64,000 nucleotides of DNA from an uncultured Acidimicrobiales bacterium (GTDB lineage: Bacteria > Actinomycetota > Acidimicrobiia > Acidimicrobiales > UBA10347), in assembly GCA_943788915.1 (NCBI GenBank), contig CALSSD010000010.1, positions 186,001-250,000 on the forward strand, read 5' to 3'. Each line of letters opens with the position of its first letter. Position 1 is the stretch's first letter. A program made the position numbers and the translations under genes. Shown in pieces: positions 1-10,475 of this stretch. Under the pieces are notes generated by a model that did not search any database, was not told the origin of the DNA, and saw only the letters and a program-made list of their open reading frames with translations.

Positions 1-814
1 GCAATCATCCGCTGGTCTGTTGGCCGAGGCGGACACACTCACGCGCGAGCAGCGTTGGCCCGAAGCCATCGAGGTCTATGACGAAGTGCTCGACGTCGCA
101 CCAGGCAATGTCGAAGCGCTGACCTACCGAGGGTGGCTTACAGCCAGGCTCGGCGACGACGAGACCGCGCTCCTCGACCTGCGCGAGGCGGTCGCTGTCG
201 ACCCTACCTATCCCGATGCCCGTGTCTTCTCCGCGATCGTGCTCGACAATCAACTCCGGTTCACCGAAGCCGCTGCGGAGCTCGCCGCCTTCGACTCGCT
301 AGACCCGCCCGAAGACATGTTGATGCTGGTTGAACAGTTTGACTTGCGCGTTTCTGTCGCTGCAGGGCAGATCAATCAGGTGTTCAGTCCGCTCGAACCG
401 GGCGAGACGGTCGACCTGTCACAGATAGACGCATCTCTCGACGTCATAGCTCGGGCAGGGGCGCGACTCTCACAGTTGGGCGACATCGTGCTGGCTCAGG
501 CCACATTCAGTGCAGTGCTGGCCGAGGATCCCGAGCAGCTCATCGCTCTTGTTGGCAAAGGTCAGCTTGCGAGGCAAGCGGAAATCACCGACCTGAATCC
601 TGAACTGGCTTCGGAGGCCATGCAGGCCCTCGACGAGGCCGTGCGGCTGGCGACGTCGCAAGACGAACCGGTCATTCGGTTGTATCGGGCCGACGCTCGG
701 CTGGCCCAGGGCGACGCCGACGGAGCGCTCGAAGACCTCGAGGCCGTCGACCGCGTCGTGTTGTCACCGGACCTGCAGGCGCTCTACGACCTGCTGGCAC
801 GTTCCCTCAACTAG
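1..814 (+). CDS. Tetratricopeptide-repeat protein, probably 5'-partial
   Basis: Helical TPR-like motifs (EAIEVYDEVLDVAPGNVEALTYRGW; DLREAVAVDPTYPDARVF). Frame is open to the window edge. Confidence 0.7.
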   Translation, partial: QSSAGLLAEADTLTREQRWPEAIEVYDEVLDVAPGNVEALTYRGWLTARLGDDETALLDLREAVAVDPTYPDARVFSAIVLDNQLRFTEAAAELAAFDSLDPPEDMLMLVEQFDLRVSVAAGQINQVFSPLEPGETVDLSQIDASLDVIARAGARLSQLGDIVLAQATFSAVLAEDPEQLIALVGKGQLARQAEITDLNPELASEAMQALDEAVRLATSQDEPVIRLYRADARLAQGDADGALEDLEAVDRVVLSPDLQALYDLLARSLN

Positions 815-832
815 GCCAGCCCCACCCCAGAC

Positions 833-879
833 ATCTGTGAGCCTCAGACCGCGCATAACGCGGCGAGATCGTCCCAAAT
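833..879. repeat. Imperfect palindrome (ATCTG...CAAAT), member of the intergenic palindrome family; followed by AATCATGGGGG x2
   Basis: Outer ATCTGTGAG/GTCCCAAAT arms and inner CCGCG-cataa-CGCGG stem, between convergent genes. Confidence 0.5.
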
Positions 880-909
880 CATGGGGGAATCATGGGGGAA
901 GGGAGAGAG

Positions 910-1977
910 TCAGACGCCGTGATTGGTTTCGTACCAGGGTTTGATCGAGTTGTTGATCATTTCGATACGTTCGTCAAACGGGATGAACGCACTCTTCATG
1001 GCGTTTACCGTCATCCACCGAACCATCTTCCAGTCCCAGCCGAAGGCGGCTGCGCACGCCGCGAATTCGTGCGACAGGCTGGTTGCGCTCATGAGTCGGT
1101 TGTCGGTGTTCATCGTGATGCGGAACGACAGGTCGGTGAGCAGCCCGATCGGATGCTCCTCGATTGATTTCGCGGCGCCGGTGTGGACGTTGGAGGTGGG
1201 ACAGACCTCGAGCGGGATACGGCGATCGCGGACATACGAGGCCAGCCTGCCCAGATCGACTGATCCATCTGCGTGCACCGTGATGTCATCGACAATGCGA
1301 ACGCCATGCCCCAGACGTTCAGCGCCGCAGTACTGGATGGCTTCCCAGATAGAAGGCGGGCCGTACGCCTCGCCGGCATGGATCGTGAAGTGGAAGTTCT
1401 CTCGTTGGATGTACTGGAACGCATCGAGATGTCGAGTTGGCGGGTTACCCGCTTCGGCACCCGCAATATCGAACCCGACCACGCCCTGGTCTCGATGTCG
1501 AACCGCCAGTTCAGCGATCTCTAACGAACGAGCGGCATGGCGCATAGCGGTGACCAGCGTGCCGACCCGGATGCCCTTACCCGCAGAGCCGTCGGCAAAA
1601 CCGTCGACGACTGCCTGGACGACGTCGTCGAGGCCCAGACCGTTTTCGACATGTAGCTCGGGAGCGAAACGGACCTCGGCGTACACAATGCCATCGGCCG
1701 CCAGGTCCTCGGCGCACTCGGCAGCAACGCGGTAGAGGGCATCGCGACTCTGCATGACACCAACGGTGTGGGCAAAGGTCTCAAGGTACAACGTCAGATC
1801 GAGTCGGCTCGCCCCTCGGACCATCCATGTCGCGAGTTCGTCGGGATTGCTCGTAGGCAGTTCATAACCCGAGTCTTTCGCAAGGTCCACTACCGTCGAC
1901 GGGCGCAAACCGCCATCGAGGTGATCGTGAAGGAGGACCTTGGGTGCGACGCGTACTTCGTCGGTCGTGAGTTCCAT
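910..1977 (-). CDS. add: Adenosine deaminase
   Basis: [34 protein letters not shown] and NTDNRLMS motifs. Confidence 0.95.
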   Translation of the reverse strand: MELTTDEVRVAPKVLLHDHLDGGLRPSTVVDLAKDSGYELPTSNPDELATWMVRGASRLDLTLYLETFAHTVGVMQSRDALYRVAAECAEDLAADGIVYAEVRFAPELHVENGLGLDDVVQAVVDGFADGSAGKGIRVGTLVTAMRHAARSLEIAELAVRHRDQGVVGFDIAGAEAGNPPTRHLDAFQYIQRENFHFTIHAGEAYGPPSIWEAIQYCGAERLGHGVRIVDDITVHADGSVDLGRLASYVRDRRIPLEVCPTSNVHTGAAKSIEEHPIGLLTDLSFRITMNTDNRLMSATSLSHEFAACAAAFGWDWKMVRWMTVNAMKSAFIPFDERIEMINNSIKPWYETNHGV

Positions 1978-2062
1978 ACCAGAGTCTAATCAGGCGATGT
2001 AACGCTTCGCAGGAGCACCGTTGGTGGCGATGTAGCAGCGTAAACGACAGGGAAGGGAGGGA

Positions 2063-2551
2063 TTAGGGAGTTTGGGCCGACGGGCGAGCGATAGCTGGTG
2101 GTTCGGGGTAATAGGTGCCGGACTCGATGCGGTCAGTGGAGTTGTCGAGCGACCAGATCGAACCTTTACCGCAGCCTCGGCCTTCGAGTCGGCTGCCCCC
2201 AACCTCAAGGTTGCGCAAGACATCAGGGATCACATCGCCGTGGCTGCAAAGCACGACGGACCGGCCGGTGAAAGAACGTACGTAGGCAATCGAGCGGGAG
2301 CTCGAAGCACCTTCGAAGAGTTCTGGTGCAATCTGTACCTGGAGTCCGAGTCGCTCAGCGAGCGGCTCAACCGTCTGGACACATCGCACGGCAGGGCTCG
2401 AATAGATCGCCTCGACGTCGTCACAGGACCACTCGGCAGCGATTGTCTGCGCCTGGTGGCGGCCGCCATCATCGAGTTCGCGTCGGTCATCGAACGGGTC
2501 GAGGCTGCTGCGGACGCCTGCGACAGCATGACGGATCAAAAACAACGGCAC
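2063..2551 (-). CDS. Histidine phosphatase family protein (SixA/MutT1 C-terminal-like)
   Basis: LIRHA, SSPAVRCVQT and LCSHGDVIP motifs; GTG start chosen at 2551. Confidence 0.8.
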   Translation of the reverse strand: MPLFLIRHAVAGVRSSLDPFDDRRELDDGGRHQAQTIAAEWSCDDVEAIYSSPAVRCVQTVEPLAERLGLQVQIAPELFEGASSSRSIAYVRSFTGRSVVLCSHGDVIPDVLRNLEVGGSRLEGRGCGKGSIWSLDNSTDRIESGTYYPEPPAIARPSAQTP

Positions 2552-2676
2552 GACGAAACGGTATCCAGCTTCACTCAAGCCGCCAAGCGCGAAACCCATT
2601 CGATAGCCTCACAGACAGACATCAGGCGTATCGTCTGATCCGCACGAACCAGTTTCTCCCCGACTCAGAGGTACAC

Positions 2677-3819
2677 ATGGCCGTCACCGAAGCCGAAGTT
2701 ATTGAAGCACTCCGGCCGGTCGAAGATCCCGAACTCCATCGCAGCATCGTTGACCTGGGCATGGTGAAGGAAATCACGATCACCGACGGTCATGTCAACG
2801 TCGTGATTGCGCTCACCATTGCGGGATGTCCGCTGCGAGCCGAGATCGACAATCGGGTCCGCACCGCAGTCGAAGTGCTCGATGGTGTCACCACCGCTGC
2901 TCCCGAGTTCACGGTCATGAACGACGACGAACGTGCCGCAGTGCGTCAGATGCTGCAAGGCGACCCATCGGCAACTGCTGGAAGTCAGGAAGCCCATGGC
3001 CACGCCGAAGGCCGAGCGATTCCCATGGCCGACCCGGCGTCCAAGACCCGGGTTCTGCTGATCGCTTCGGGCAAGGGGGGAGTCGGGAAATCTTCTGTTA
3101 CCACCAACCTGGCCGTGGCCCTGGCTAACCGTGGCCACAAGACTGCAATCATCGACGCCGATGTATGGGGCTTCTCCGTGCCACGAATGCTCGGTATCGA
3201 CCGGCCACCAGTGGTTATCGACAGCATGCTCATTCCGCCGTCGGCGCATGGCGTGAGTGTCATTTCTATGGGCTTCTTCGCCGAAGAAGACCAGGCAGTG
3301 ATCTGGCGTGGGCCGATGCTCCACAAAGCACTCGAACAGTTCCTGACCGACGTGTACTGGGACGAACCCGACTTCCTGCTGATCGACCTGCCACCAGGCA
3401 CCGGAGACATCTCGATTTCGATGGCCGGTTTCCTGCCTCGGGCCGAGGTCTATGTGGTGACTACGCCCCAACCCGTCGCTCAAAAAGTCGCACAACGCGC
3501 TGCGACCATGGCTGACAAGGTGAATCTCGAAGTCCGGGGTGTTATCGAGAACATGTCGTGGTTCACCGGCGACGATGGCAAACGATACGAACTCTTCGGT
3601 GCTGGTGGTGGCGCTGAGCTCGCCGAGAAGTGCGAGGTGCCTCTGCTCGGCCAGATCCCACTCACACCAGCGCTTCGCGACGGTGCCGACAATGGTCGCC
3701 CAATCGTGGCCGTCGACCCCACGAGCGAGGCTGGAGCCATCTTTGCATCGATTGCTGAGACCATCGATGTTGATCTGGCGCCAAAACGCCGGTACAACGC
3801 TGAACTTAAGATCATCTGA
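2677..3819 (+). CDS. mrp: Mrp/NBP35 (ApbC) Fe-S cluster carrier ATPase with N-terminal DUF59/MIP18 domain
   Basis: VEDPELHRSIVDLG (DUF59), SGKGGVGKS, DADVWG, WRGPML, DLPPGTGD, IENMS. Confidence 0.92.
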   Translation: MAVTEAEVIEALRPVEDPELHRSIVDLGMVKEITITDGHVNVVIALTIAGCPLRAEIDNRVRTAVEVLDGVTTAAPEFTVMNDDERAAVRQMLQGDPSATAGSQEAHGHAEGRAIPMADPASKTRVLLIASGKGGVGKSSVTTNLAVALANRGHKTAIIDADVWGFSVPRMLGIDRPPVVIDSMLIPPSAHGVSVISMGFFAEEDQAVIWRGPMLHKALEQFLTDVYWDEPDFLLIDLPPGTGDISISMAGFLPRAEVYVVTTPQPVAQKVAQRAATMADKVNLEVRGVIENMSWFTGDDGKRYELFGAGGGAELAEKCEVPLLGQIPLTPALRDGADNGRPIVAVDPTSEAGAIFASIAETIDVDLAPKRRYNAELKII

Positions 3820-3841
3820 TTCTTTGCCGTAGGAGGCACCC

Positions 3842-4069
3842 ATGGACATCCGTATTGGCATCGTAAATGCGCCCCGCGAGGTCGCCGTTGAATTACCCGA
3901 CGACAGCACTGCCGCCGACGTCAAAGCACTGGTCGAGGCTGCTGTAGCGGCCGACGCTGGACTGGTGTGGCTCACCGACAAGAAGGGCCGCGAGGTTGGC
4001 TTCCCAGCTGACAAGATCGCGTACGTCGAAATCGGCGCCGCCGAAGATCAGCGCATCGGCTTCAGCTGA
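3842..4069 (+). CDS. DUF3107 family protein
   Basis: MDIRIGI...PRE...KIAYVEIG...RIGF; AGGAGG RBS upstream. Confidence 0.85.
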   Translation: MDIRIGIVNAPREVAVELPDDSTAADVKALVEAAVAADAGLVWLTDKKGREVGFPADKIAYVEIGAAEDQRIGFS

Positions 4070-4208
4070 GGGGTAGTCCAGCTAGCGACCGGTTCCGCGC
4101 CGAAACCCTGTCGGAGATCTGATCGTTTACGGTCCCGGCGGGTTTGTGGTTTTTCCCGCTTGCCTTCGGTTCGCTTTGGTTTGAGCAGACGAGCAGAACC
4201 CAGGCGCG

Positions 4209-4238
4209 ACACAACCCGGCCCTAGGGCCGGGTTGTGT
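4209..4238. terminator. Perfect 30-bp palindrome, likely bidirectional terminator
   Basis: ACACAACCCGGCCCT/AGGGCCGGGTTGTGT between convergent DUF3107 and whiB genes. Confidence 0.65.
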
Positions 4239-4270
4239 TGATTGCGTGGTTAGGTACTACGACCCAGTTG

Positions 4271-4588
4271 CTAGAGACCTGCTTGGGCCTCGGCTGCGGC
4301 GAGGCGAGCAGCGCGGCGTGCCGCAGCCCGTTGACGACGGATTACCCGTCGTTCTTCTTCACCGAGCCCACCCCAGACACCAGCGTCCTGGTTGGTGTCT
4401 AGCGCAAACTGCAAGCAGTCCTCCATGCAAGGGCACGTGGTGCACACTTGTTTGGCGGCTTCAATCTGGTCAATCGCTAATCCCGTCGTTCCGATCGGGA
4501 AGAAAAGCGATGGATCAGTGTCCTTGCACGAGGCATTTAGACGCCAATCGTGCTCGCTTGGGTCGTACTTCGGCATCGTTAGTGCCAA
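4271..4588 (-). CDS. whiB1: WhiB family Fe-S transcription factor (WhiB1-like)
   Basis: DWR..ASC..DPSLFFPIGTTG, four-Cys spacing with CxxC, GVWGGL; NQDAGVWGG resembles WhiB1. Confidence 0.85.
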   Translation of the reverse strand: MALTMPKYDPSEHDWRLNASCKDTDPSLFFPIGTTGLAIDQIEAAKQVCTTCPCMEDCLQFALDTNQDAGVWGGLGEEERRVIRRQRAAARRAARLAAAEAQAGL

Positions 4589-4775
4589 TGGTCCCCCTCA
4601 TAGACGCAGCAGATAACAGGCTGCTGCAAATTCCCCCTGGAGTTGGCCGAATTGACCACCCACATAGAACATACCTCGGGTTCTCTTTGTCTCACAAGGC
4701 CCAATTGCCGCGAATCTCACGCAATATTTCTGCAGATGTAGTGTGGGAAGCGCGACCAGCAGGAGTTTCGGCAAG

Positions 4776-5471
4776 ATGACAGCGCGACCGCAGCAAACCC
4801 CCGGTCCCATCGTGTGTGGCCATCGCGGCGCTCCCGCGGTCGCGCCTGAAAACACGCTCGCTGGTTTTGCAGCAGCGGCCGAGCGTGGTGCCACCTGGGT
4901 CGAATTCGACGTCCGTCCAACCGGCGATGGCCAACTGGCGATCCACCATGATCCAGCGACGGCCGCCGGGTCCCGGGTCGGTTCCACGGCCTACGCGGAT
5001 CTGGACTTGTCGATTCCTCGTTTCGGCGATCTGGTCGCCTCTGCTCCGCACCTTGGTCTTGATATTGAGATGAAGACCGACGACATCGATATGTCGCTCG
5101 AGGCTTTTGCCGAACTGGTAGCTCACGAAATCGATACCCACTGCGCCGAATCGGCTGAACTGATGGTGACCTCCTTTGATGCCGAAGCACTGCGGTTGTT
5201 CCATGACATGCGGCCAGATATCTCGACTGGGTTGTTGTTCTGGGAACGGCCCTTCGAGGAAGCATTGGCGATCGCGCTTGATGCAGGGCACGGCACTCTC
5301 GCTCCGTGGATCAAGGTGCTTGACGCCGAGATGGTTGCGCGGGCGCGTGCCGCCTCACTTGGTGTCGTGACCTGGACCGTCAACGAACCCGCGCAGGTCG
5401 CGCTTGCCTCGTCGCTCGGTGTTGACATGATTATTGGCGATGACCCGGCCGTGATTCTGAGCCATCTATAG
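4776..5471 (+). CDS. Glycerophosphodiester phosphodiesterase
   Basis: GHRGA..APENTL, VEFDV, HHD, IEMK, WTVN. Confidence 0.9.
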   Translation: MTARPQQTPGPIVCGHRGAPAVAPENTLAGFAAAAERGATWVEFDVRPTGDGQLAIHHDPATAAGSRVGSTAYADLDLSIPRFGDLVASAPHLGLDIEMKTDDIDMSLEAFAELVAHEIDTHCAESAELMVTSFDAEALRLFHDMRPDISTGLLFWERPFEEALAIALDAGHGTLAPWIKVLDAEMVARARAASLGVVTWTVNEPAQVALASSLGVDMIIGDDPAVILSHL

Positions 5472-5677
5472 CCATGTCGGCGCAGGTATCCAACAGGCTC
5501 TGGGGGCTCAGCTATTCGATCTAGGTGATGTTCGACGGTGCAGCGTTCGCCGATAGTCCGGCCACCGTCAAGGCGTGGGCCGCTGATGCTGGCGTCAAGC
5601 TGGCCAAGACCCAGGCCGTCAGTATCGACCACGGTGGGGCCGATGAAGTGCGCCCGGTGGTGGCGTACGCCCGAGCA

Positions 5678-6616
5678 TCACGCGATGGTTGACGTGTCGA
5701 TCAGGTCGGTGCGGGCCAACCGCAGCGCATTGGGGTGGTGACGGAATGTGATCTCGTCGAAGTTGCCGATGAAATCGCCATCGACCTGCACCGGCACGGG
5801 GCGGCGAGCGCGAAGCGTGGCGGCGTCAAGATCTGTGCGTAGATCGAGGAATCTGTTAGCGGTGAGTCCCGCAGGAGGTCGGAGTGCATCGAGGACGATT
5901 CGCAAGAGATGCGAACTACGCAAACTGCGCAGAGTTACCACCGCGAGTCCACGATCGAGTGTTGCTCCCGGGGCCACATGGAGCGGAAGGTTCCCGAGAT
6001 AGGTGTACGGATCGGTATTGAGACAGATCGTGAAGTAACCATCGTCGACCCGGCCGTCGGCGAACTCAATCGAAAACGCAGGTTCGCTGCGGTCGTAATG
6101 ACGCAACCAGGTTTTGAGCGCGGCATAGACGAAGAGCGGGTGGTTGAGATAACGCTTGAGGTCGCCTTGGCGTTCGACCTGTTCGACGACAGCGGCATCG
6201 AACCCGACACCGGTGTGAAACAGGAAGTACCTGCCGTTCACGCTGCCGATACCGGCCGGCTGCATCAGGTCTTGTTCGATGGCAGCAAGCGAGTATTTGA
6301 CGGCTTCTTGAGGTTCATCGGGCAGGCCCAACGTGCGACAGAACACATTGGTGGATCCGCCGGGCAGCGGTAACAGCGCACAGTCGGTGTCGACCACGCC
6401 GTTCGCGACCTCGTTGACGGTGCCGTCGCCGCCGAGCACCACGATGCCATCGATTCCGCGCCGGGCAGCGTCTTCAGCTAGTCGTGTCGCGTGATTACGA
6501 CGAGTCGTTTCGACAACCTGAACGTCGTGTGACTCGCCAAGCGCACGCTGAACGAGCACTTGCGTCCGGGGCGAAACCGACGACGCAAACGGGTTCACAA
6601 TGAGAAGAAGTTGCAC
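5678..6616 (-). CDS. Diacylglycerol kinase family lipid kinase
   Basis: IVNP, GGDGTVNEVANG, PGGSTNVF, GVGFDA, QVDGD; start taken at GTG 6616. Confidence 0.88.
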   Translation of the reverse strand: MQLLLIVNPFASSVSPRTQVLVQRALGESHDVQVVETTRRNHATRLAEDAARRGIDGIVVLGGDGTVNEVANGVVDTDCALLPLPGGSTNVFCRTLGLPDEPQEAVKYSLAAIEQDLMQPAGIGSVNGRYFLFHTGVGFDAAVVEQVERQGDLKRYLNHPLFVYAALKTWLRHYDRSEPAFSIEFADGRVDDGYFTICLNTDPYTYLGNLPLHVAPGATLDRGLAVVTLRSLRSSHLLRIVLDALRPPAGLTANRFLDLRTDLDAATLRARRPVPVQVDGDFIGNFDEITFRHHPNALRLARTDLIDTSTIA

Positions 6617-6677
6617 AACAACCGCAGTCTCGCCCGGAACGGCGCAAAAAGAAATACGAATTTCACAGCCGCAGGGA

Positions 6678-6707
6678 TTGTGAAGTTGTGCACGAGCGCC
6701 CCAGACT
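6678..6707 (+). promoter_or_regulatory. Putative Rex- or CRP-type operator overlapping the etfB promoter
   Basis: TTGTGAA-GTTG-TGCACGA (6678-6695); CAGACT -10-like hexamer 6 nt before the ATG. Confidence 0.45.
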
Positions 6708-6713
6708 GCATAC

Positions 6714-7493
6714 ATGAAGGTTGCAGTTTGCGTGAAACAGATTCCGGACCCGGCTGACCCCGGTGCACTTGACCCGTCTACCAAGACGCTCAAGCGTGAC
6801 ATGAAGCTCATTCTCGACGAGTCAGATAGTTATGGCGTCGAGATGGCATTGCAGCTTGTCGACGCTGCCGGTGGTGGCGAAGTCACACTGGTGTCAATGG
6901 CTCCCAACGGCGAGGTGAACGGTCTTCGAACCGCACTTGCCATGGGTGCTGACAAAGCCATCTTGATTAGTGATGAAGCACTGGCTGGTTCCGATGCACT
7001 CGGAACTGCCAAGATTCTGGCCGCGGCTATTGCTCGTGCCGAGCCCGACTTGGTGCTTGCCGCCACAGAGTCGAGCGACGGCTATACGGGCACGGTTCCC
7101 GAGCAGATCGCCGAGCTCATGGGTTTGCCGTCGGTTACGTTCGCGAAATCGATCGAGACCACCGATTCTGGTGTGAACGTCAAACGTCAGACCGAAGCCG
7201 GCTTCGATGATGTGAGCTGCCCGCTTCCTTGTTTGGTGTCGGTGACAGCGGGCGTGGTTGAGCCTCGTTACCCGTCGTTCAAGGGCATCATGGCCGCAAA
7301 GTCTAAACCGGTTGATCAGCTCACGATTGCCGATCTGGGCATCGATGCTGGTTCCGTTGGTTGGGCTGGCGCAGGCCAGGAAATCATCGCTGTAGAAGAA
7401 GCGCCAGTTCGTGAATCTGGCGAGATCATCGAAGACGAGGGCGAGGCGTACCTGCGCATCGTGTCATTCCTCGAAGAGCTCAAGGTCGTCTGA
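6714..7493 (+). CDS. etfB: Electron transfer flavoprotein beta subunit
   Basis: VCVKQIPD, ALAMGAD, EPRYPSFKGIMAAKSKP. Confidence 0.95.
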   Translation: MKVAVCVKQIPDPADPGALDPSTKTLKRDMKLILDESDSYGVEMALQLVDAAGGGEVTLVSMAPNGEVNGLRTALAMGADKAILISDEALAGSDALGTAKILAAAIARAEPDLVLAATESSDGYTGTVPEQIAELMGLPSVTFAKSIETTDSGVNVKRQTEAGFDDVSCPLPCLVSVTAGVVEPRYPSFKGIMAAKSKPVDQLTIADLGIDAGSVGWAGAGQEIIAVEEAPVRESGEIIEDEGEAYLRIVSFLEELKVV

Positions 7494-7504
7494 GGAGGCT
7501 TGTT

Positions 7505-8470
7505 ATGTCTGTAGGAACTGTTTGGGTATTTGCAGAGGTCGCCGAAGGTTCGGTCGCCTCTATCACTCTCGAAATGCTGGCCAAGGCCCGCGAAATCTCT
7601 AGCGACGTTGTCGCAGTTGTCGGTGGCGACGGCGATGCCTCTGCTGCCGAACTCGGCGCTCATGGCGCAACCAGCGTGCTCGCAACGGGCGATCTCGGTG
7701 GCGCACTGGCAGGCCCGTCTGTAGCTGGCGCAATGGCAGCTGCCATCGAAGGCGGCGCTGCACCTGTAGCGATCATGTTTGGCACCACCTACGGTGGCCG
7801 CGACGTTGCCGGCCGACTCTCGGTCAAGCTTGACGCCTCGGTCATCACCAACATCGTCGACCTTGCTGACGAAGACGGCCTTGTCGGTACCGAACCAATC
7901 TTCGGCGGCGCTTCACTGGTCAAGACCAAGTTCACGACCGACAAGCCGGGCATCTTCTTGATCCGCCCAAAGTCCTTCGAAGCATCCGAGACCGGCGGTG
8001 GCGCAGCCGCTGTAACCGCAATCGCTGTTCCGGATCTCGGAGCGACTGGTGCCGCCGTGGTCACTAATTCCTTCGTTGAGCAAACCGAAGGCCCCAAGCT
8101 CGACGAAGCAGCTGTTGTTGTCTCCGGCGGCCGTGGTCTTGGTGAAGCGGACAGTTACGCACTGGTCGAGAGCCTTGCATCAGCGCTCAGCGCTGCACCT
8201 GGCGCAAGCCGTGCGATCGTTGACGCTGGCTGGGTTCCTTACAGCTATCAGGTTGGACAGACCGGCAAGGTCGTTAAGCCTGATGTTTATATAGCTGCTG
8301 GTATCTCTGGCGCTACCCAGCACCTGGTTGGGATGAAGGGCTCCAAGACGATCATTGCGATCAACAAGGACTCTGAAGCCCCAATCTTTGGTGTTGCCGA
8401 TCTGGGTATTGTGGGCGACGTGCACAAGGTCCTGCCACAACTTCTCGAAGCTCTGGCAGCCCGAGCGTAG
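7505..8470 (+). CDS. etfA: Electron transfer flavoprotein alpha subunit
   Basis: [45 protein letters not shown]. Confidence 0.95.
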   Translation: MSVGTVWVFAEVAEGSVASITLEMLAKAREISSDVVAVVGGDGDASAAELGAHGATSVLATGDLGGALAGPSVAGAMAAAIEGGAAPVAIMFGTTYGGRDVAGRLSVKLDASVITNIVDLADEDGLVGTEPIFGGASLVKTKFTTDKPGIFLIRPKSFEASETGGGAAAVTAIAVPDLGATGAAVVTNSFVEQTEGPKLDEAAVVVSGGRGLGEADSYALVESLASALSAAPGASRAIVDAGWVPYSYQVGQTGKVVKPDVYIAAGISGATQHLVGMKGSKTIIAINKDSEAPIFGVADLGIVGDVHKVLPQLLEALAARA

Positions 8471-8556
8471 TTCGCTTTTCGCTCACTCCTCACGAAACGC
8501 CGTCCGAGTCAAAGGCTCTGCGGGCGTCAGGAGTTGCGCTACAAACTGTTTCGTGA

Positions 8557-8599
8557 ATCTGCGACGTTGAACCTGCTTGGCGGGAACGACGTCGCAGAT
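8557..8599. repeat. 43-bp imperfect palindrome (ATCTG...CAGAT family)
   Basis: ATCTGCGACGT/ACGTCGCAGAT arms with inner CCTGC-ttg-GCGGG stem. Confidence 0.6.
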
Positions 8600-8710
8600 C
8601 TCGTTTTAGCCAGAAGCGCTGGTGAGTTGTGCTGGTGAGCAATGCGAGTGCGCAGGGATTTGGTGCTCGCCGACCAGAGGTACGGCCGCCTTGGCGCCTA
8701 CACTTGGCGC

Positions 8711-9022
8711 GTGGCTGCATTCGCACTCAACCTCTTGGCGCTGCTCATCGTGCTCGGATTGTGTTGGGGTGCCATGATGTGGCTTTCTGGGCGTTTCCAC
8801 GGCCAACGCCAGCGGTCGAGCGTCGAGTTCGAAACCGTGATCGAGTTTGATGATGCCAAAATCACCGGGCGAGGCGAACGAGATTTCGGCCGGGGTATCG
8901 ACCCGGTGTCTGCGGCCTCGTCAGAGATGCCTTGTGCTGTCTGTGATGGCGTAGGCGCGCATAGCGCACAGGGCAAGCTTGCGCCATGCCCAGAGTGCTA
9001 CGGCACTGGTGTGGTGAGGTAG
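8711..9022 (+). CDS. Small membrane protein with C-terminal DnaJ-type zinc finger
   Basis: N-terminal hydrophobic helix; CAVCDGVG and CPECYGTG (two CxxCxGxG). Start uncertain (8642 or 8711). Confidence 0.6.
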   Translation: MAAFALNLLALLIVLGLCWGAMMWLSGRFHGQRQRSSVEFETVIEFDDAKITGRGERDFGRGIDPVSAASSEMPCAVCDGVGAHSAQGKLAPCPECYGTGVVR

Positions 9023-9062
9023 GCACACCCCCAGTCCGCACAGGACCACGCTCGACTTCAGC

Positions 9063-9212
9063 CTGCACCGGGCAAGCTGCACCGGGCAAGCTAAGAACTT
9101 TTCAGCGAAATAGTGTCGAACGTTCTTTGTTTTCGGCTTTGGGCTCTCGTGAAATCCCCAGAACGACCGCGTTGATCAGATGAGGCTGATCAGATGAGGT
9201 TGATCAGATGAG
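9063..9212. repeat. Intergenic micro-tandem repeats (14 bp x2 at 9063-9090; 14 bp x~3 at 9173-9212)
   Basis: CTGCACCGGGCAAG x2; TGATCAGATGAGG(C/T) x~3. Confidence 0.8.
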
Positions 9213-9229
9213 AGCGTTGGCGGAGTCGG

Positions 9230-9973
9230 TTAGACGATGGGCCACGGCCAACGACGGCCCGTTGGGTCGGTAGGGAAGTGGCCGCTACGAATGAGGATTC
9301 CCGCTCGGTCGAGGGTGGCCTCGACCTCTTCCTCGTCATCGAGTAGGTCGATGAGATCGTCACCCACACCAGCATCGACGAACGCGTTCAGGTCGGCGCG
9401 AATGGCATCGGGGATCGGTTCGCCAGCGAAGTCCCACAGGACCGTACGTACCTTGAACTCGGCATGGAACGACAGTCCATTATCGATAGCCCAGATATGG
9501 CCGTCTTTGCCGAGCAACACATGGCCACTTTTGCGGTCAGTGCTGTTCGCCACGATGTCGAAGGCCGTAAGTTGCTGGAAGGCGCCTTGGAACTGAGGCT
9601 CGTCATTCATGGTTAGGTAGTGCTCTTCGAAGTTGCACGGAATGAACAGCTGCAAGGACCCAGGTCCGACCGGCCCGTCGACAAGGACCGTTGGTGGCAC
9701 CAAGTCCCACCCAATGGCTTTCGCAAGTTCGTAACACGCCACCTCGCGGCGGTAGAGGCCACTGGGGAAGTCCCACAGCGGCCGTTCCCCACGATGCGGC
9801 TTGTAGACGGCCTGCACGATCTGGCCGTCGCTCTCGACATCGCACAACAAGGTCGTGTTCGAACTCCAGGGCATCTGGCCCAGAACATCGATCTCGCCCT
9901 GACGCAGGATCTGCTCAGCCTGATCGTTCGGAATCGGTTCGCGATCGCGAAACGGTGATTCGTCGCCGCTCAC
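9230..9973 (-). CDS. SCO1664 family protein (PI3/PI4-kinase-like fold)
   Basis: SSNTT, AVYKPHRGERPLWDFP, REVA, DRKSGH, IDNGL, C-terminal WPWP. Confidence 0.88.
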   Translation of the reverse strand: MSGDESPFRDREPIPNDQAEQILRQGEIDVLGQMPWSSNTTLLCDVESDGQIVQAVYKPHRGERPLWDFPSGLYRREVACYELAKAIGWDLVPPTVLVDGPVGPGSLQLFIPCNFEEHYLTMNDEPQFQGAFQQLTAFDIVANSTDRKSGHVLLGKDGHIWAIDNGLSFHAEFKVRTVLWDFAGEPIPDAIRADLNAFVDAGVGDDLIDLLDDEEEVEATLDRAGILIRSGHFPTDPTGRRWPWPIV

Positions 9974-9977
9974 CGCA

Positions 9978-10475
9978 TCAATTCCAGCATGGGCACCAGC
10001 CGTCGCTGGTATTCAGCGGCTCGGTGCAATAGGGGCAGGGCGGCCGTCCTGCAGACACCAGGTTGGTGGCGTGGGTGACAAACGCAAGCACCTGACCTCG
10101 AGTCAGCTGGAAGCGGCTAGTTGCCGGAGAGTCGTCGTCGTCGTTCAGCATCATCTGCTCGGCCCATAAGGCGACCCGATCGCGACTCTCGACGTAGGCG
10201 ACACCCATGGATGCCACAGCCCATTCAGGCTCGACCGGTGTTGCGAGGCCAGATGGCCCCGGCACAGAGCCAGCTTCGGGCTCGGGTAGATCGGTGAGCA
10301 TGTTCGCCAGATACTCGGCGAGTGCGATGACCTGCTGCTTCTCGACCTTGAGCGTGACAATCTGGGTTCCGGCGAGCGCCTGGATGAAGAAGGCTCGGTC
10401 ACCAGCGGGCCCGACGGTGCCAGCCACGAACGCGTCGACGTCGGGGAGATCGAATGAACGATCGAGCGAACTCAT
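9978..10475 (-). CDS. DUF3090 family protein
   Basis: FVAGTVGPAGDRAFFIQA, EKQQV, AGRPPCPYC...C. Confidence 0.88.
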   Translation of the reverse strand: MSSLDRSFDLPDVDAFVAGTVGPAGDRAFFIQALAGTQIVTLKVEKQQVIALAEYLANMLTDLPEPEAGSVPGPSGLATPVEPEWAVASMGVAYVESRDRVALWAEQMMLNDDDDSPATSRFQLTRGQVLAFVTHATNLVSAGRPPCPYCTEPLNTSDGWCPCWN

